Assembly: GCA_029259155.1 (NCBI GenBank)
Contig: JAPDJI010000020.1
Location: 67,572-131,571, forward strand
Direction of reading: 5' to 3'
Length of the DNA stretch: 64,000 nucleotides
Source: Candidatus Methanomethylicia archaeon
GTDB taxonomy: Archaea; Thermoproteota; Methanomethylicia; Nezhaarchaeales; B40-G2
Shown: piece after piece, positions 1-9,627 of the stretch
Position numbering within the stretch: the stretch's first letter is position 1
How the letters are laid out: each line of letters opens with the position of its first letter
The notes under the pieces: model-generated
What the model saw: only the letters and a program-made list of their open reading frames with translations
What the model was told of the DNA's origin: nothing
Databases searched by the model: none
Made by a program: the position numbers and the translations under genes

Positions 1-2
1 AG

Positions 3-392
3 GCCTTAGACGAGGCGTTATTTGTCTTCGCTTCAATAGCTTTCCTAGCTAACATGGGCAGAGAAGTGACAAAGGGGATAGTCGATGTGGTAGGAGACGC
101 GGCTAGAGGAGTTAAGACCATAGCTGCCGTTTATGGACGCGTTAAAGCAGCGATATTATCAGCCATCTTTTACCTAGCAGCCGTAGCTTTAAGCATACTT
201 CCATGGCTTATGAGGGTCGTAAGTATATACTACTTACCCGCGGTGGCCGTCAGCGACCTCGGGTTCATCAAGGCTTCCTTCGAGCTACTCAGAGACCCTT
301 CAAGAGACACGGCGAGAAGGGTAAAGAGAGAAGGGCTTTTATGGATGCTGATAGGCTTGATAGCCTTCATCATCGGCACCAATCTTCACTAA
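3..392 (+). CDS. UbiA-family prenyltransferase, probably digeranylgeranylglyceryl phosphate synthase (5'-truncated by window edge)
   Basis: Frame is open from position 3; REVTKGIVDVVGD...GVKTIA matches the second Asp-rich UbiA motif; hydrophobic helices. Confidence 0.8.
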   Translation, partial: ALDEALFVFASIAFLANMGREVTKGIVDVVGDAARGVKTIAAVYGRVKAAILSAIFYLAAVALSILPWLMRVVSIYYLPAVAVSDLGFIKASFELLRDPSRDTARRVKREGLLWMLIGLIAFIIGTNLH

Positions 393-1577
393 CCTAGCTA
401 TCGTGCTGAGCAAGTCGTTAATCATAGCATCGGTCTTTAACCCCTTTGGATGAAAGTGCGTTCGATAAACCTGGAAACCCGACGAGCGAAGCTCTTCCAT
501 GATAGAGGTCATTGGAGGCTCCCTACTTCTTAAACGGTGGCTCAGGCTATCTACAGTGTAGTATAGTGGAGGAGCTTGGCTTTCCTCAACGATGGTTGAG
601 AGCAGAGATGACTCACGTCTCTTATGCCTAAAGCCACTGGCTTCAACCTCCCTCAATACCTGGTCCACGAACATCCTGTCCTGTATAGGTCCACACCATA
701 GAGGACCCCCTATGAGCAGGCGCGACCCACATAGTGGACAACGTTCTTCAAGAGCAGTGGCGATGCCATGTTTAAGGAAACGATGCCCGCACCTAGGGCA
801 ATGCTCTACGTATCCAAGGTAACGAAAACTGAACGTTGATTTCGAAGCGCCTACCTCTATAAGGACGCACACCCTGAAGTGGTGTTCAAGGCTATAGCTC
901 AACAAGGGCTTGATAGCTAAATCGAGCTTGCCTGCCTCCCTACATATGAAGCCCATGATTAAGCGGACCGCCAGTTCATGACAGTACTCAGTCCTAAGCG
1001 ATCGTCCACCATAACGTCTCTCAGCCACCCTAGGATAAACCCCGCAGAGCGGAGGAGCATCTGTAGCCGTCAACATCAATAACCCTCCGCTATTCAAAGC
1101 TCGCAAAGCCGCCTCCACGTAAGGCGCTGGAGAGCCGAAGGGGTCAAGGTCAACTACGTCGTACCTTGAGCCGGGCTTAGCCATAGTTGACAATAGCTGG
1201 TTGGCTTCAGCCTTCTCTACACGGACTACTCCAGTTAAGCCGTTTAACTCCACGTTTCTCTCAGCTAGCTCCGCTGCGAGAGGGTTTACGTCACCGATAA
1301 TCACCTCAGATACTCCTTCAACCTCCTTAGCATACCTTATACCTCTAACACCAGTAGCTGTCAATGGCTCTATTACCTTCAAGTCTCGTCCAACCATTTT
1401 ATGGTAAGCCCTAAGACAACCAATAGCTATGTCTCTGCTCACCTCCATCCTAGGGTTGTAGAATACCGGAGATGATGGAGGGGACACCGTGGAGGTAGAG
1501 GGCACCAAGAAAGAAGCTTCCCCTTCCACGATCCTCCGTAGCTCTATCCCCTGAAAAACCAAGCTAGCCTTCCCCAC
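339..1577 (-). CDS. trm1: tRNA (guanine26-N2)-dimethyltransferase Trm1
   Basis: VFYNPRM..SRD, ATGVRGIRY, DLDPFGSP, TATD and zinc-finger CPRC/CPLCG...GPLWCG motifs. Confidence 0.95.
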   Translation of the reverse strand: MGKASLVFQGIELRRIVEGEASFLVPSTSTVSPPSSPVFYNPRMEVSRDIAIGCLRAYHKMVGRDLKVIEPLTATGVRGIRYAKEVEGVSEVIIGDVNPLAAELAERNVELNGLTGVVRVEKAEANQLLSTMAKPGSRYDVVDLDPFGSPAPYVEAALRALNSGGLLMLTATDAPPLCGVYPRVAERRYGGRSLRTEYCHELAVRLIMGFICREAGKLDLAIKPLLSYSLEHHFRVCVLIEVGASKSTFSFRYLGYVEHCPRCGHRFLKHGIATALEERCPLCGSRLLIGGPLWCGPIQDRMFVDQVLREVEASGFRHKRRESSLLSTIVEESQAPPLYYTVDSLSHRLRSREPPMTSIMEELRSSGFQVYRTHFHPKGLKTDAMINDLLSTIARLVKIGADDEGYQAYQHP

Positions 1578-2169
1578 CCTTAAAAAGGAGAGCTACAGCA
1601 TAAATTTCAGCGCTTGAGGACCTTGAAGCTCTAGGCCTCGTAAGCTTAACGGACTCGAACCTACCCTTAACTTCCTTGAAAGCTTCCTGGAAAGAGTAGC
1701 CTTGAAACATCTTCAACACCGCGCTCCCCCTAGGTTTAAGCACTTCATCGATCACCTTTAAGGCCGACTCTACTAAGGAGGCTTGCCTAGCCACGTCTAA
1801 CTCCCATACACCTGACACTTTCGGTGAAAGGTCTGAGAGCACGACGTCGGCCTTTCTAGGTAAGGCTTCAAGAATAAGTTGAGGAGCACCCGGGCTGGTT
1901 ACATCGAGTCTAAGTAGCTTGACATTACTCCAAGGGAACGGCTTAATGGGGTTAAGGTCAACCCCCAGCACAAACCCATCCTCCCCCACGTGCTCTCTAG
2001 CTACTTGAATCCATCCACCAGGAGCTGCTCCAAGATCAACCACCACGGCGCCTCTCCTAAAAATTCTAAAGCGATCAGCGAGCTCCTTGAGCTTGAAAGC
2101 AGCCCTTGAGCGATAACCCAATCTACGCGCAAGGAAGTAGAAGTGGTCTTTACGTCTCTTCTCCGTCAT
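1564..2169 (-). CDS. rlmE: 23S rRNA 2'-O-methyltransferase RlmE/FtsJ
   Basis: GYRSRAAFKL, DLGAAPGGW, VLSDLSP and ASR..SAEIY motifs; start moved to ATG 2169 to avoid overlap with the upstream gene. Confidence 0.92.
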   Translation of the reverse strand: MTEKRRKDHFYFLARRLGYRSRAAFKLKELADRFRIFRRGAVVVDLGAAPGGWIQVAREHVGEDGFVLGVDLNPIKPFPWSNVKLLRLDVTSPGAPQLILEALPRKADVVLSDLSPKVSGVWELDVARQASLVESALKVIDEVLKPRGSAVLKMFQGYSFQEAFKEVKGRFESVKLTRPRASRSSSAEIYAVALLFKGGEG

Positions 2170-2173
2170 ATTT

Positions 2174-2599
2174 TCAAGCAGCTTCCTCGAGAGTAGATGC
2201 TTCAGCTTCAAGCCACTTCGTGAGCGCTGGGCACCTGCCAGGACTGATGGGCTGACCAGGGGCACAACGCTCAATGTCAGGACAGGAGAAACATGGACAA
2301 CCTACAATGTCGTCGATGTTCACCTTAAAGGTTCGCTGCACCAACACAATCCTGTAGGTTTTACGTTTATTATAAACGACAGGCTCTCTCTTAACAAGGC
2401 CTTTACGCTCTAAGCGCAACGTTATCCTAGAGCCTTCACGGCTACTAACATTTAGAGCCTTCCATAGGTCACACTGTAGAGCCTCTCCTGCCTCCTTGAC
2501 CATCTTGAGAGCCTTCTCCTCAATTTCACTAAGCGAAGGCGTAGCAACACGCCCCCAGCCCTTGTATATTTCTCCCCACCCTTTACATATATTTCGCAT
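2174..2599 (-). CDS. Winged-helix plus Fe-S cluster protein; TFE-beta / Rpc34-like transcription factor
   Basis: wHTH (LQCDLWKALNVSSREGSRI..RLERKGLVKRE) plus C-terminal CPCFSC...C...C; immediately downstream of tfb; true start probably downstream of 2599. Confidence 0.8.
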   Translation of the reverse strand: MRNICKGWGEIYKGWGRVATPSLSEIEEKALKMVKEAGEALQCDLWKALNVSSREGSRITLRLERKGLVKREPVVYNKRKTYRIVLVQRTFKVNIDDIVGCPCFSCPDIERCAPGQPISPGRCPALTKWLEAEASTLEEAA

Positions 2600-2731
2600 C
2601 TCTCTTATATATGGCTTTAATAAGCCAATACCCTTCTATAACCAACTTCATAGTTCTTCTCTAACCTTCAATTAAAACGTGTTTAAACAAGAATTCAGAA
2701 TTAATAAATAATCAATAAAAAAAGTATGCGA

Positions 2732-3703
2732 TTATATCATCACTATGAAGTCGAGCTTCTTCAACAACTCTTGGTATCTATTTCTCACCGTGACCTCCGT
2801 AACGTTAGCGGAGGTGGCGACGTCCTTTTGAGTACATTTACATTGAAGAAGAGCGCTGGCTATGTAAACCGCCGCCGCCACGATCCCCATAGGGCCTCTA
2901 CCGGACGTTAACCCTGCCTCAGCAGCCTTCTCCAGTATCCTCATGGCCTCTACCTGTACCTCGCTGGGTAGCTTGAGCCTTGATATTAGGCGGGGGACGT
3001 AGCTTATGGAGGTGGTGGGTACTACCTTAGCTGAGATGGCCCTAAGGAGGAAGCGATAACTTCTACCTACCTCTTTCTTCTTAACCTGCGAGACCCCCGC
3101 TATTTCGTCGAGGGTCCTAGGCAACTTGGCTTGGCGGCAAGCCATGTAGATGGCGGCGGCCACCATGCTTTCAATAGACCTACCTCTAATCAGCTTATTC
3201 TCCACCGCCTTCCTATATATTATCGCAGCTTCCTCCCTAACGTTCCTTGGCAAACCTAGCTGAGAAGCCATCCGCTCAAGCTCAGACAAGGCATGGGCCA
3301 GGTTTCTCTCAGAGGCGCTTGAAACCCTAACTCTTTGCTGCCACTTCCTAAGCCTATAGACTTGAAGCCTCTTTGTTAAGGTTAAGCCTTTACCTGAGGC
3401 ATCACGGCTAGTCCAGTCAATCACCGTGGAGAGGCCTTTATCGTGAATAGTGTGGGTTAAGGGGGCACCTATCCTAGCTCTCTTATCCTGTTGCTCTAAA
3501 TCGAAGGCCCTCCACTCCGGCCCCATATCTATCATTTTTTCCCTAACTACAAGGCCACAGCATAGGCAAGTCATCTCAGCTCTATCGTAGTCTCGTACAA
3601 ACCTTGTACCTCCACATTCGGGACATCTAATGCTTACGCCTTCCACGCTTAATCCCTCCAGGTCGCTTAGCCCCCCTGGTCTCCTTAACGAAAAGCTCAC
3701 CAT
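2732..3703 (-). CDS. tfb: Transcription initiation factor IIB (TFB)
   Basis: Zn ribbon CPECG...CLCCG, GPEWRAF, HDKGLST, two cyclin repeats, [10 protein letters not shown]. Confidence 0.97.
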   Translation of the reverse strand: MVSFSLRRPGGLSDLEGLSVEGVSIRCPECGGTRFVRDYDRAEMTCLCCGLVVREKMIDMGPEWRAFDLEQQDKRARIGAPLTHTIHDKGLSTVIDWTSRDASGKGLTLTKRLQVYRLRKWQQRVRVSSASERNLAHALSELERMASQLGLPRNVREEAAIIYRKAVENKLIRGRSIESMVAAAIYMACRQAKLPRTLDEIAGVSQVKKKEVGRSYRFLLRAISAKVVPTTSISYVPRLISRLKLPSEVQVEAMRILEKAAEAGLTSGRGPMGIVAAAVYIASALLQCKCTQKDVATSANVTEVTVRNRYQELLKKLDFIVMI

Positions 3704-3905
3704 TATGAGGTAGCTTCACTGGGAGGGTCTTTATAACTATGTACGGCGACTTAGTGCTCCCTATGATGTCGTAGACCTCCCCAACCTCCACGCCTTCACG
3801 ATTATAAACCTTGGAGCCGAGAGGTGGAAGCGTAGAAAGCATAGAAGGTTTGACTATAAGGGAGCCCAGCTTTGATGCATGTTGCACCTTGCCGAGTCTC
3901 CTCAA
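3627..3905 (-). CDS. gar1: H/ACA RNP protein Gar1/Naf1
   Basis: MRRLGKVQH...VGEVYDIIG...PY pattern; conserved gar1-tfb order. Confidence 0.85.
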   Translation of the reverse strand: MRRLGKVQHASKLGSLIVKPSMLSTLPPLGSKVYNREGVEVGEVYDIIGSTKSPYIVIKTLPVKLPHNGELFVKETRGAKRPGGIKRGRRKH

Positions 3906-4041
3906 GAAATCATCCCCGGGGGGCGGGAAATACCCCGCTCCAGAGAATATAAGTCTTTCTACATGCAGAAAGCTTAGATGGAAGGGAGAGGAGGTAAGGA
4001 GGGTTTGGAACCTTCCTTATAAGGTGTAAGGAGGGCTATAC

Positions 4042-4335
4042 GTGAAGGAAAAGGGATGGCAGTACATCTACCCAGCTTACTTGGACAGCTCTAGGTCGAG
4101 AAGCACGGGTAGAAGAGTGCCTAGAAGCTTAGCGGTGGAGAAACCTAGGCTCGAAGAGATAGTCGAGGCTGCGAGAAAACTTGGATTAGAGGTGAAGGCG
4201 AAAGAAAACGCAAAGTACCCTAGAGCTTGGTGGAGCGGAGAAGGCTGTGCGCTCGTAAAGAAACGCTGGCCTAAGGAGGAGCTGCTACGTAAGATAGCCT
4301 ACAAGATACGAGAGGAGCGATCTAAGACTCGATGA
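4042..4335 (+). CDS. srp19: Signal recognition particle protein SRP19
   Basis: IYPAYLDS..SRSTGRRVP..LAV..P and YPRAWW motifs. Confidence 0.95.
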   Translation: MKEKGWQYIYPAYLDSSRSRSTGRRVPRSLAVEKPRLEEIVEAARKLGLEVKAKENAKYPRAWWSGEGCALVKKRWPKEELLRKIAYKIREERSKTR

Positions 4336-4708
4336 GGACCCCGTTAACCACTCCGTCTTGGCCGGGCCTCGAAGTAATCCTAGCTACGCCTATCTCCGTC
4401 TTAACTAAGGCCCCCTTAGTTATGACCCCTCTCCTCGAGTAATCTACGCTGGCTGGATTGGTTAAGACCTGGAGGATCTTCACCTTCTTCGTGGTGCCCG
4501 TTGAAGGATCGCTTACATTGACGTAGGAGGCAGTCCTTAGCTTAATCTTTAAGTTGCCTCCCATTGCCCTCGCAAGAGATCTTCGCTCCTCTTGTCCTAG
4601 TATAGTCTCTACGGGCAGGCTACCCGTCTCGCTTTTACGCTTCCCTCTATGAGGCCTAAACCTTCCTCCCGTAGGCTTCCTTAAGTCTCTGCCGTGCCAA
4701 ACGCTCAT
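4322..4708 (-). CDS. rps8e: 30S ribosomal protein S8e
   Basis: RKPTGG, NPAS..YSRRGVITKGA, SRPGQDGVVNGVL. Confidence 0.97.
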   Translation of the reverse strand: MSVWHGRDLRKPTGGRFRPHRGKRKSETGSLPVETILGQEERRSLARAMGGNLKIKLRTASYVNVSDPSTGTTKKVKILQVLTNPASVDYSRRGVITKGALVKTEIGVARITSRPGQDGVVNGVLIES

Positions 4709-4768
4709 ACCTGTTCAGCTTAAGAGGCAGGGCAGGGGGTTATAATATATGTTTCGTATGAGGGGAAG

Positions 4769-5860
4769 ATGATGAAGGGAAGATTGAAGAGAACCATAGC
4801 TAAGCTGGAAGAGCAAGGCTTGACTTACGCCTTAATATCCACCCCTGAAAACGTAATGTACCTCACGGCCTTCAAAGCCATAGGGCAGCCACCGAAGCCC
4901 TGCCATCTCCTCATCTCGGCGAAGGAGCCTAAAGCTAAGCTGCTAGTTTCGCCCTTAGACTATGAAGAAGCCATGGAGAGCGTAGGCAGTGAACTCGAAG
5001 TGGTGAAGCTGAAGACTAAGTCCGTCGCCGACGCTCTTTCCAAGATCCTTCCTAGGGGACGTGGAGTTTTAGGTGTGGAGCTAGGCTACGTCAACCACCT
5101 CTTCCTCGAAGAGCTGAAGAGCAAATTAAAGGACGTGGAGCTGAAAGACTTCTCAAGCCAAGTAGAAGAGCTAAGGGCGGTTAAGGACTCAGAGGAGGTG
5201 GAAGCCATAAAGAAAGCTGTTCAAGTAGCCGAAGAGGCCATAAAGAAAGGGCTTAACTTAATAGTCGAAGAGGCCACGGAGAGAGAAATAGCAGCAGAGA
5301 TAGAGTATGAAGCTAGGAAAGCTGGAGCTGAGGGGGTTGCCTTCGATACCATCGTCGCTTCAGGGCCCTACTCAGCTTACCCTCATAGAACTGCTGGGGA
5401 AAGAAAGGTGAGGAAAGGGGAGGCCGTGGTGTTAGATGTAGGTGTGAGGGTGAAGGGGTATTGCTCCGACATAACTAGGACCGTCGTACTGGGCAAGATC
5501 CCTGAAAAGCTAGAGGAAGCCTATGTAGCTGTGCTTGAAGCACAGGAGGAAGCCTCCCGGGCGCTAAAGCCAGGGGTTAAGGCATCCACGGTGGATGCTA
5601 AGGCAAGAACGTGGCTAAAAAGGAAAAAACTCGCAAGATGGTTCATCCACGGTGTAGGCCACGGCGTAGGTCTAAGTGTACATGAAAAACCAGCGCTAGC
5701 CCCTAAAAGCCACGATAGGTTAATGAGAGGAAACGTTGTCACCCTTGAGCCAGGCATCTACTTGGATAAGCTGGGAGGCGTTAGGGTGGAGGACATGTAC
5801 CTCGTGGTTAAGGAAGGAGCTATGAAGCTTACTACCTTAGAGCCACGGTTGGTGCTATAG
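4769..5860 (+). CDS. Xaa-Pro dipeptidase/aminopeptidase (M24B)
   Basis: GYCSDITRT, HGVGHGVGLSVHE, EPGIY and GVRVED motifs; N-terminal creatinase domain. Confidence 0.93.
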   Translation: MMKGRLKRTIAKLEEQGLTYALISTPENVMYLTAFKAIGQPPKPCHLLISAKEPKAKLLVSPLDYEEAMESVGSELEVVKLKTKSVADALSKILPRGRGVLGVELGYVNHLFLEELKSKLKDVELKDFSSQVEELRAVKDSEEVEAIKKAVQVAEEAIKKGLNLIVEEATEREIAAEIEYEARKAGAEGVAFDTIVASGPYSAYPHRTAGERKVRKGEAVVLDVGVRVKGYCSDITRTVVLGKIPEKLEEAYVAVLEAQEEASRALKPGVKASTVDAKARTWLKRKKLARWFIHGVGHGVGLSVHEKPALAPKSHDRLMRGNVVTLEPGIYLDKLGGVRVEDMYLVVKEGAMKLTTLEPRLVL

Positions 5861-6643
5861 TTGAGTAAGGCCAAGGAGGTCTTAAAGAAACTAACAGAGG
5901 TTGAAGAAAAGCTAGAAGTTAAGTTAAGTTGCGTGAAGAAGGTTGAAGAAAAGCTCCACGAAGCCCGTAGCAAGCTATCGAGGCTAAGCGAAGAGGGAAT
6001 GGAGGTAAAGGAGAAGTTGAGGGAGATCTACGAAGAGGTCTCTAGACTTAAGAAAAGAGAGTTGGAGTTAAGGAGGGAGGAAGCAGAGCTTAGGAAAGAG
6101 CTCAGAGAACCTGAAGAACAGTTGAAGCTTAAGCTCGAGAAGCTTGAATGGAAACACCAAGTAAGTAGTCTAAGCAAGGAGGAGGAAAAACGGCTAATCG
6201 GGGAAGTAAAGGCAGTTGCCCGAAGCCTTAAGGCCTGGAGGAAGGTTAAGGAGATAGAAAAAGAGCTAGGAGAAGCCTCCTCAAGGAGATCGGAGCTTAG
6301 AATCGAGGCAGAGAGACTAAAGCAGCGTCTAGCCCAGCTGAGCGAGGAGAAGGTTAAAGTTAAGAAAAGAATAGAGGAGCTTAAAGCTGCTTTGAAACAG
6401 GAAAAAAGCGGGTTAAAAGAAGTTAAGGACGAGGTTAAAGCCTATCGAGAAGAGCTCCATAAACTAAAGGAGGCCGAGCTTGAAGAAAAAGCCAAGGTTT
6501 TAGCGCAGGAAACTAAGAGGAAAGGACAAATAGCGAGAGAGGCCTTAAAGAAATTAAGAGAGGGCAGGAAGGTTTCCTTAGATGAGATGAGGGTGCTGAT
6601 GGAGGAAGGGTTGTTAAGGGAGGGTGAAGAATCATTTGAGTGA
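5861..6643 (+). CDS. Archaeal coiled-coil protein (COG1340-like)
   Basis: E/K-rich heptads, LEWKHQ..SLS.EEEK and C-terminal G.KVSLDE motifs; adjacent to a DUF373 gene. Confidence 0.75.
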   Translation: MSKAKEVLKKLTEVEEKLEVKLSCVKKVEEKLHEARSKLSRLSEEGMEVKEKLREIYEEVSRLKKRELELRREEAELRKELREPEEQLKLKLEKLEWKHQVSSLSKEEEKRLIGEVKAVARSLKAWRKVKEIEKELGEASSRRSELRIEAERLKQRLAQLSEEKVKVKKRIEELKAALKQEKSGLKEVKDEVKAYREELHKLKEAELEEKAKVLAQETKRKGQIAREALKKLREGRKVSLDEMRVLMEEGLLREGEESFE

Positions 6644-7751
6644 AGAGACGAAACAGCGCTTCTTAGTGATCTATGTTGATAGAGACGACGACATCGGTAG
6701 AACTCTTAACATCAAGACCCCCATCGTAGGTAGGCAGCAAAACCTTGAAGCTGCTACTCGTTTCGCTTTAGCAGCACCTGAAGACTCCGACGCTAACGCC
6801 CTCTTCGCAGCTATACAGGTATACGATAAGCTACGGGAGGAAGGAGCTGAGTGCGAAGTAGCAACTCTTGCTGGAGCGTTTGAAGGAGGTGTTAAAGCAG
6901 ATATAAAGGTAGCTAAGGAGCTTGACGAAGTACTTAGAAAGTACCCAGCCGACGGGGCTGTGATGGTCAGCGATGGGGCAGCCGATGAACACGTTATACC
7001 TATCATTCAGTCCAGGCTGCCCATAACCTCCATTAGAAGAGTGGTAGTGAGGCAGTCCAGGGGGCTAGAGGAAACCTACTTCTTGCTGGTTAAATACCTT
7101 AGAAGGGTCATGGAGGACCCTAAGTACTCCATTTACATGTTCGGTATCCCTGGAGTCTTCCTAGTGATGGTGGCTATCCTGTCCAGCTTGGGTATGGCAC
7201 ACTATGCAGGAGCAGCTCTTCTATTTCTTATAGGGATGACACTAGTGGTTAAGGGCTTCTCCCTAGATAAGATGCTCCTAAATGCCTGGTCGTCGTCCCC
7301 CATAATATTCTCCAGCGTCGTCATAGCCATAATAACCTTCAGCATCGCCGCCTACCTCGGAGCAGCTGCTGTCTCCTCGATAATCGCTGCGGAGGGCCAT
7401 GCCGAGCTCTTGGGACTGCCAAGGTTGATTGGAGCCTTCCTCTCCTTGCCCGACATGCCCGTCTTCCTCACCAAAATATACAACGTCGACATAATAATGG
7501 GTGGGATCATCATACTCCTTATCGGCAGAGCCGTTGATAAGTATGTTAGTGGAAGGCCAAAGGTCTGGCATGAAGGGCTCACCATAATCCTATGCATAAT
7601 GCTAATCCTACTACTCAGGGAGGTAGCCGACCTACTCATGAACCCTCTACAGACCCCTCTAACCTTCATGATATGGATACTATTGACTGTGATAATTTAC
7701 GGAGCATTGATGGTAGCATTCATGTTCTATGAAAGGTGGAAGCGGGCTTGA
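6624..7751 (+). CDS. DUF373 family membrane protein
   Basis: VDRDDDIG, PEDSDAN, VSDGAADE and VRQS..LEETY motifs followed by TM helices. Confidence 0.9.
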   Translation: MKNHLSEETKQRFLVIYVDRDDDIGRTLNIKTPIVGRQQNLEAATRFALAAPEDSDANALFAAIQVYDKLREEGAECEVATLAGAFEGGVKADIKVAKELDEVLRKYPADGAVMVSDGAADEHVIPIIQSRLPITSIRRVVVRQSRGLEETYFLLVKYLRRVMEDPKYSIYMFGIPGVFLVMVAILSSLGMAHYAGAALLFLIGMTLVVKGFSLDKMLLNAWSSSPIIFSSVVIAIITFSIAAYLGAAAVSSIIAAEGHAELLGLPRLIGAFLSLPDMPVFLTKIYNVDIIMGGIIILLIGRAVDKYVSGRPKVWHEGLTIILCIMLILLLREVADLLMNPLQTPLTFMIWILLTVIIYGALMVAFMFYERWKRA

Positions 7752-8518
7752 AGATAGGTATAATAGCAGGTAGCGGGATGGAGGAGCTAGCTGATGGAGC
7801 ACCGAGACAGAAGGTTAAAACAACCTACGGGGAAGCTGAGGTTGCATACGTATCTCTTCAGGGAATAGAGGTTGTCCTACTACCTCGACATGGATTTAGC
7901 CATACAGTTCCTCCCCATAGAGTAAACTACAGGGCAAACATAGCTTCCTTGAAGAAGCTTGGCGTGGAACGAGTCATAGCTACCGCAGCCGTAGGATCAC
8001 TTAACGATGAGTTTAAGCCGGGAGACCTAGTCGTCGTAAACGACTTCCTGGACTTCACTAAGAGTAGGCCACCTTCATTCCATGAGGGCCTTAAGGTTAT
8101 ACATGTAGACCTAACTACCCCCTACTGTCCTGAGGTTAGAGCTTGCCTCATAGAGGGATGTAGGAAGAGCGGGGTGGAGGTCCATGATGGAGGGGTCTAC
8201 GTATGTACCGAAGGACCTAGATTTGAGACCCCGGCTGAGATACGCATGTTTAGAAGGCTTGGAGGAGACGTAGTAGGCATGACGGGGCTCCCCGAAGCCG
8301 TCTTAGCGAGAGAAGCCGGTTTATGTTACGCTTCACTCTGTATAGTGACAAACATGGCTGCCGGGATGCAAGCCAGGATCACCGCCTCAGAGGTGGTGGA
8401 GGTCATGAGGAGGGTGAGGCCCACCGTGGTAAAGGTCTTAGCGGAAGCCCTGCATCTCATCCCCGATAAGCGCGGGTGTGGTTGTTCACAGGCCTCCTTG
8501 ACCGCTAGCTCGGAATAA
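7748..8518 (+). CDS. mtnP: 5'-methylthioadenosine/methylthioinosine phosphorylase
   Basis: IGIIAGSG, RHG..H.VPPH.VNYRANI, EGPRFETPAE and GMTGLPE motifs; TTG start at 7748. Confidence 0.92.
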   Translation: MKIGIIAGSGMEELADGAPRQKVKTTYGEAEVAYVSLQGIEVVLLPRHGFSHTVPPHRVNYRANIASLKKLGVERVIATAAVGSLNDEFKPGDLVVVNDFLDFTKSRPPSFHEGLKVIHVDLTTPYCPEVRACLIEGCRKSGVEVHDGGVYVCTEGPRFETPAEIRMFRRLGGDVVGMTGLPEAVLAREAGLCYASLCIVTNMAAGMQARITASEVVEVMRRVRPTVVKVLAEALHLIPDKRGCGCSQASLTASSE

Positions 8519-8519
8519 G

Positions 8520-9311
8520 TCAAGTTACGTATTCTTCTCCACCGCCAGCAAAGACTCGTTGAAGCTCTGCGAAGAGCTCGTCTAACCCTTTCCCCGTCTT
8601 CGACGATACGGGGAGTAGATAGGGTGTCGGGTTTAAGTCCTTTAGAGCCTCACATAGCCTTTGGTTCATCTCCCTACCTAGCCCTGAAACCTCAGCGTCA
8701 AGCGCATCCATCCATTCGACCGGGTTATCCATCCACCTTAAAATCCTCTCCTCAGCTTCAGGGCTCAGAAGGTCAGCCTTGGAGAGGACGTTGAGCTGAG
8801 GCTTGAGCAACCTATAGTTCACTGAAGTGGCTAGCAAAAGGGATGATACCAGGCCTGAAGGCCTTTCAGCAAAGACAGAGTCAACTAAGAAAATTACGGC
8901 GGTACGCTCTCCGGATATAGAGGAGGTTATGTAGGGCCCAGAGCTCCTGAAAGCATAGAGCTCCATCTGGCCGGGAGTATCGACAAGGACATACTCAGGA
9001 TTTAGATCGACTATCTCCTCTCTTATGCGCTCCACGTGAGCCGCTATCATATCTGCACAAGCTATGAGAGCGCCGTTAGGCCCCAAATTATATTCACGCA
9101 TCACATCCTCGACATTTACGTAGTCTCTCACGTCTACGTCAGGGCCATAAGGCAACCACACCGCTGCTGGATCCAGGTTTACTGTTGCTACATCAAGTTC
9201 GTGGTCAAGAAGCCAGCTAGCAAATGCATCTACCAACGTGGATTTACCGCAGCCAGCCGTCCCTACGACGAAAACGAAGAACAAAAAACCACCGTGAGGG
9301 CTTTGCTTCAC
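8520..9311 (-). CDS. GPN-loop GTPase
   Basis: GTAGCGKST, NLDP, LGPNG, DTPGQME and SKAD motifs. Confidence 0.93.
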   Translation of the reverse strand: MKQSPHGGFLFFVFVVGTAGCGKSTLVDAFASWLLDHELDVATVNLDPAAVWLPYGPDVDVRDYVNVEDVMREYNLGPNGALIACADMIAAHVERIREEIVDLNPEYVLVDTPGQMELYAFRSSGPYITSSISGERTAVIFLVDSVFAERPSGLVSSLLLATSVNYRLLKPQLNVLSKADLLSPEAEERILRWMDNPVEWMDALDAEVSGLGREMNQRLCEALKDLNPTPYLLPVSSKTGKGLDELFAELQRVFAGGGEEYVT

Positions 9312-9517
9312 CCTCCTTTTTTACCTCCCAACCACCACCTCAAATACTCTTTCCTGAGCTTCTCCCTCTCATCCTCCTTTGCCTGAGGCTTCCGTTTACC
9401 TTCCAAGGTCCGCTCATACTCAAACCTAGTTAGCGAGAGACCGCAGCTACGACAAATATACATGTATCTCGATCGATCAAACTTCAACTCCCCTCCACAT
9501 TCAGGACAGACGGGCAT
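9308..9517 (-). CDS. Small zinc-ribbon protein
   Basis: MPVCPECGG...CRSCG and C-terminal EYLRWWL; stop overlaps the GTPase start. Confidence 0.75.
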   Translation of the reverse strand: MPVCPECGGELKFDRSRYMYICRSCGLSLTRFEYERTLEGKRKPQAKEDEREKLRKEYLRWWLGGKKGG

Positions 9518-9627
9518 GCAAGCCACTTCCGCGTACAAAAAGCTGAGGACCATTTTTAGCCTTACTCTTCCCGCTTAAGCTAGTTTTATATCGAAGAGCA
9601 AGGGCTCATATTAGGGTTGTTGGGCGC

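Noticed and set aside
339-392. 54-bp convergent overlap of the UbiA and trm1 3' ends
   Set aside because: Tail-to-tail overlaps are common in compact archaeal genomes
5861-6643. SMC/Rad50 call for the coiled-coil protein
   Set aside because: No Walker A/B, hinge or zinc hook
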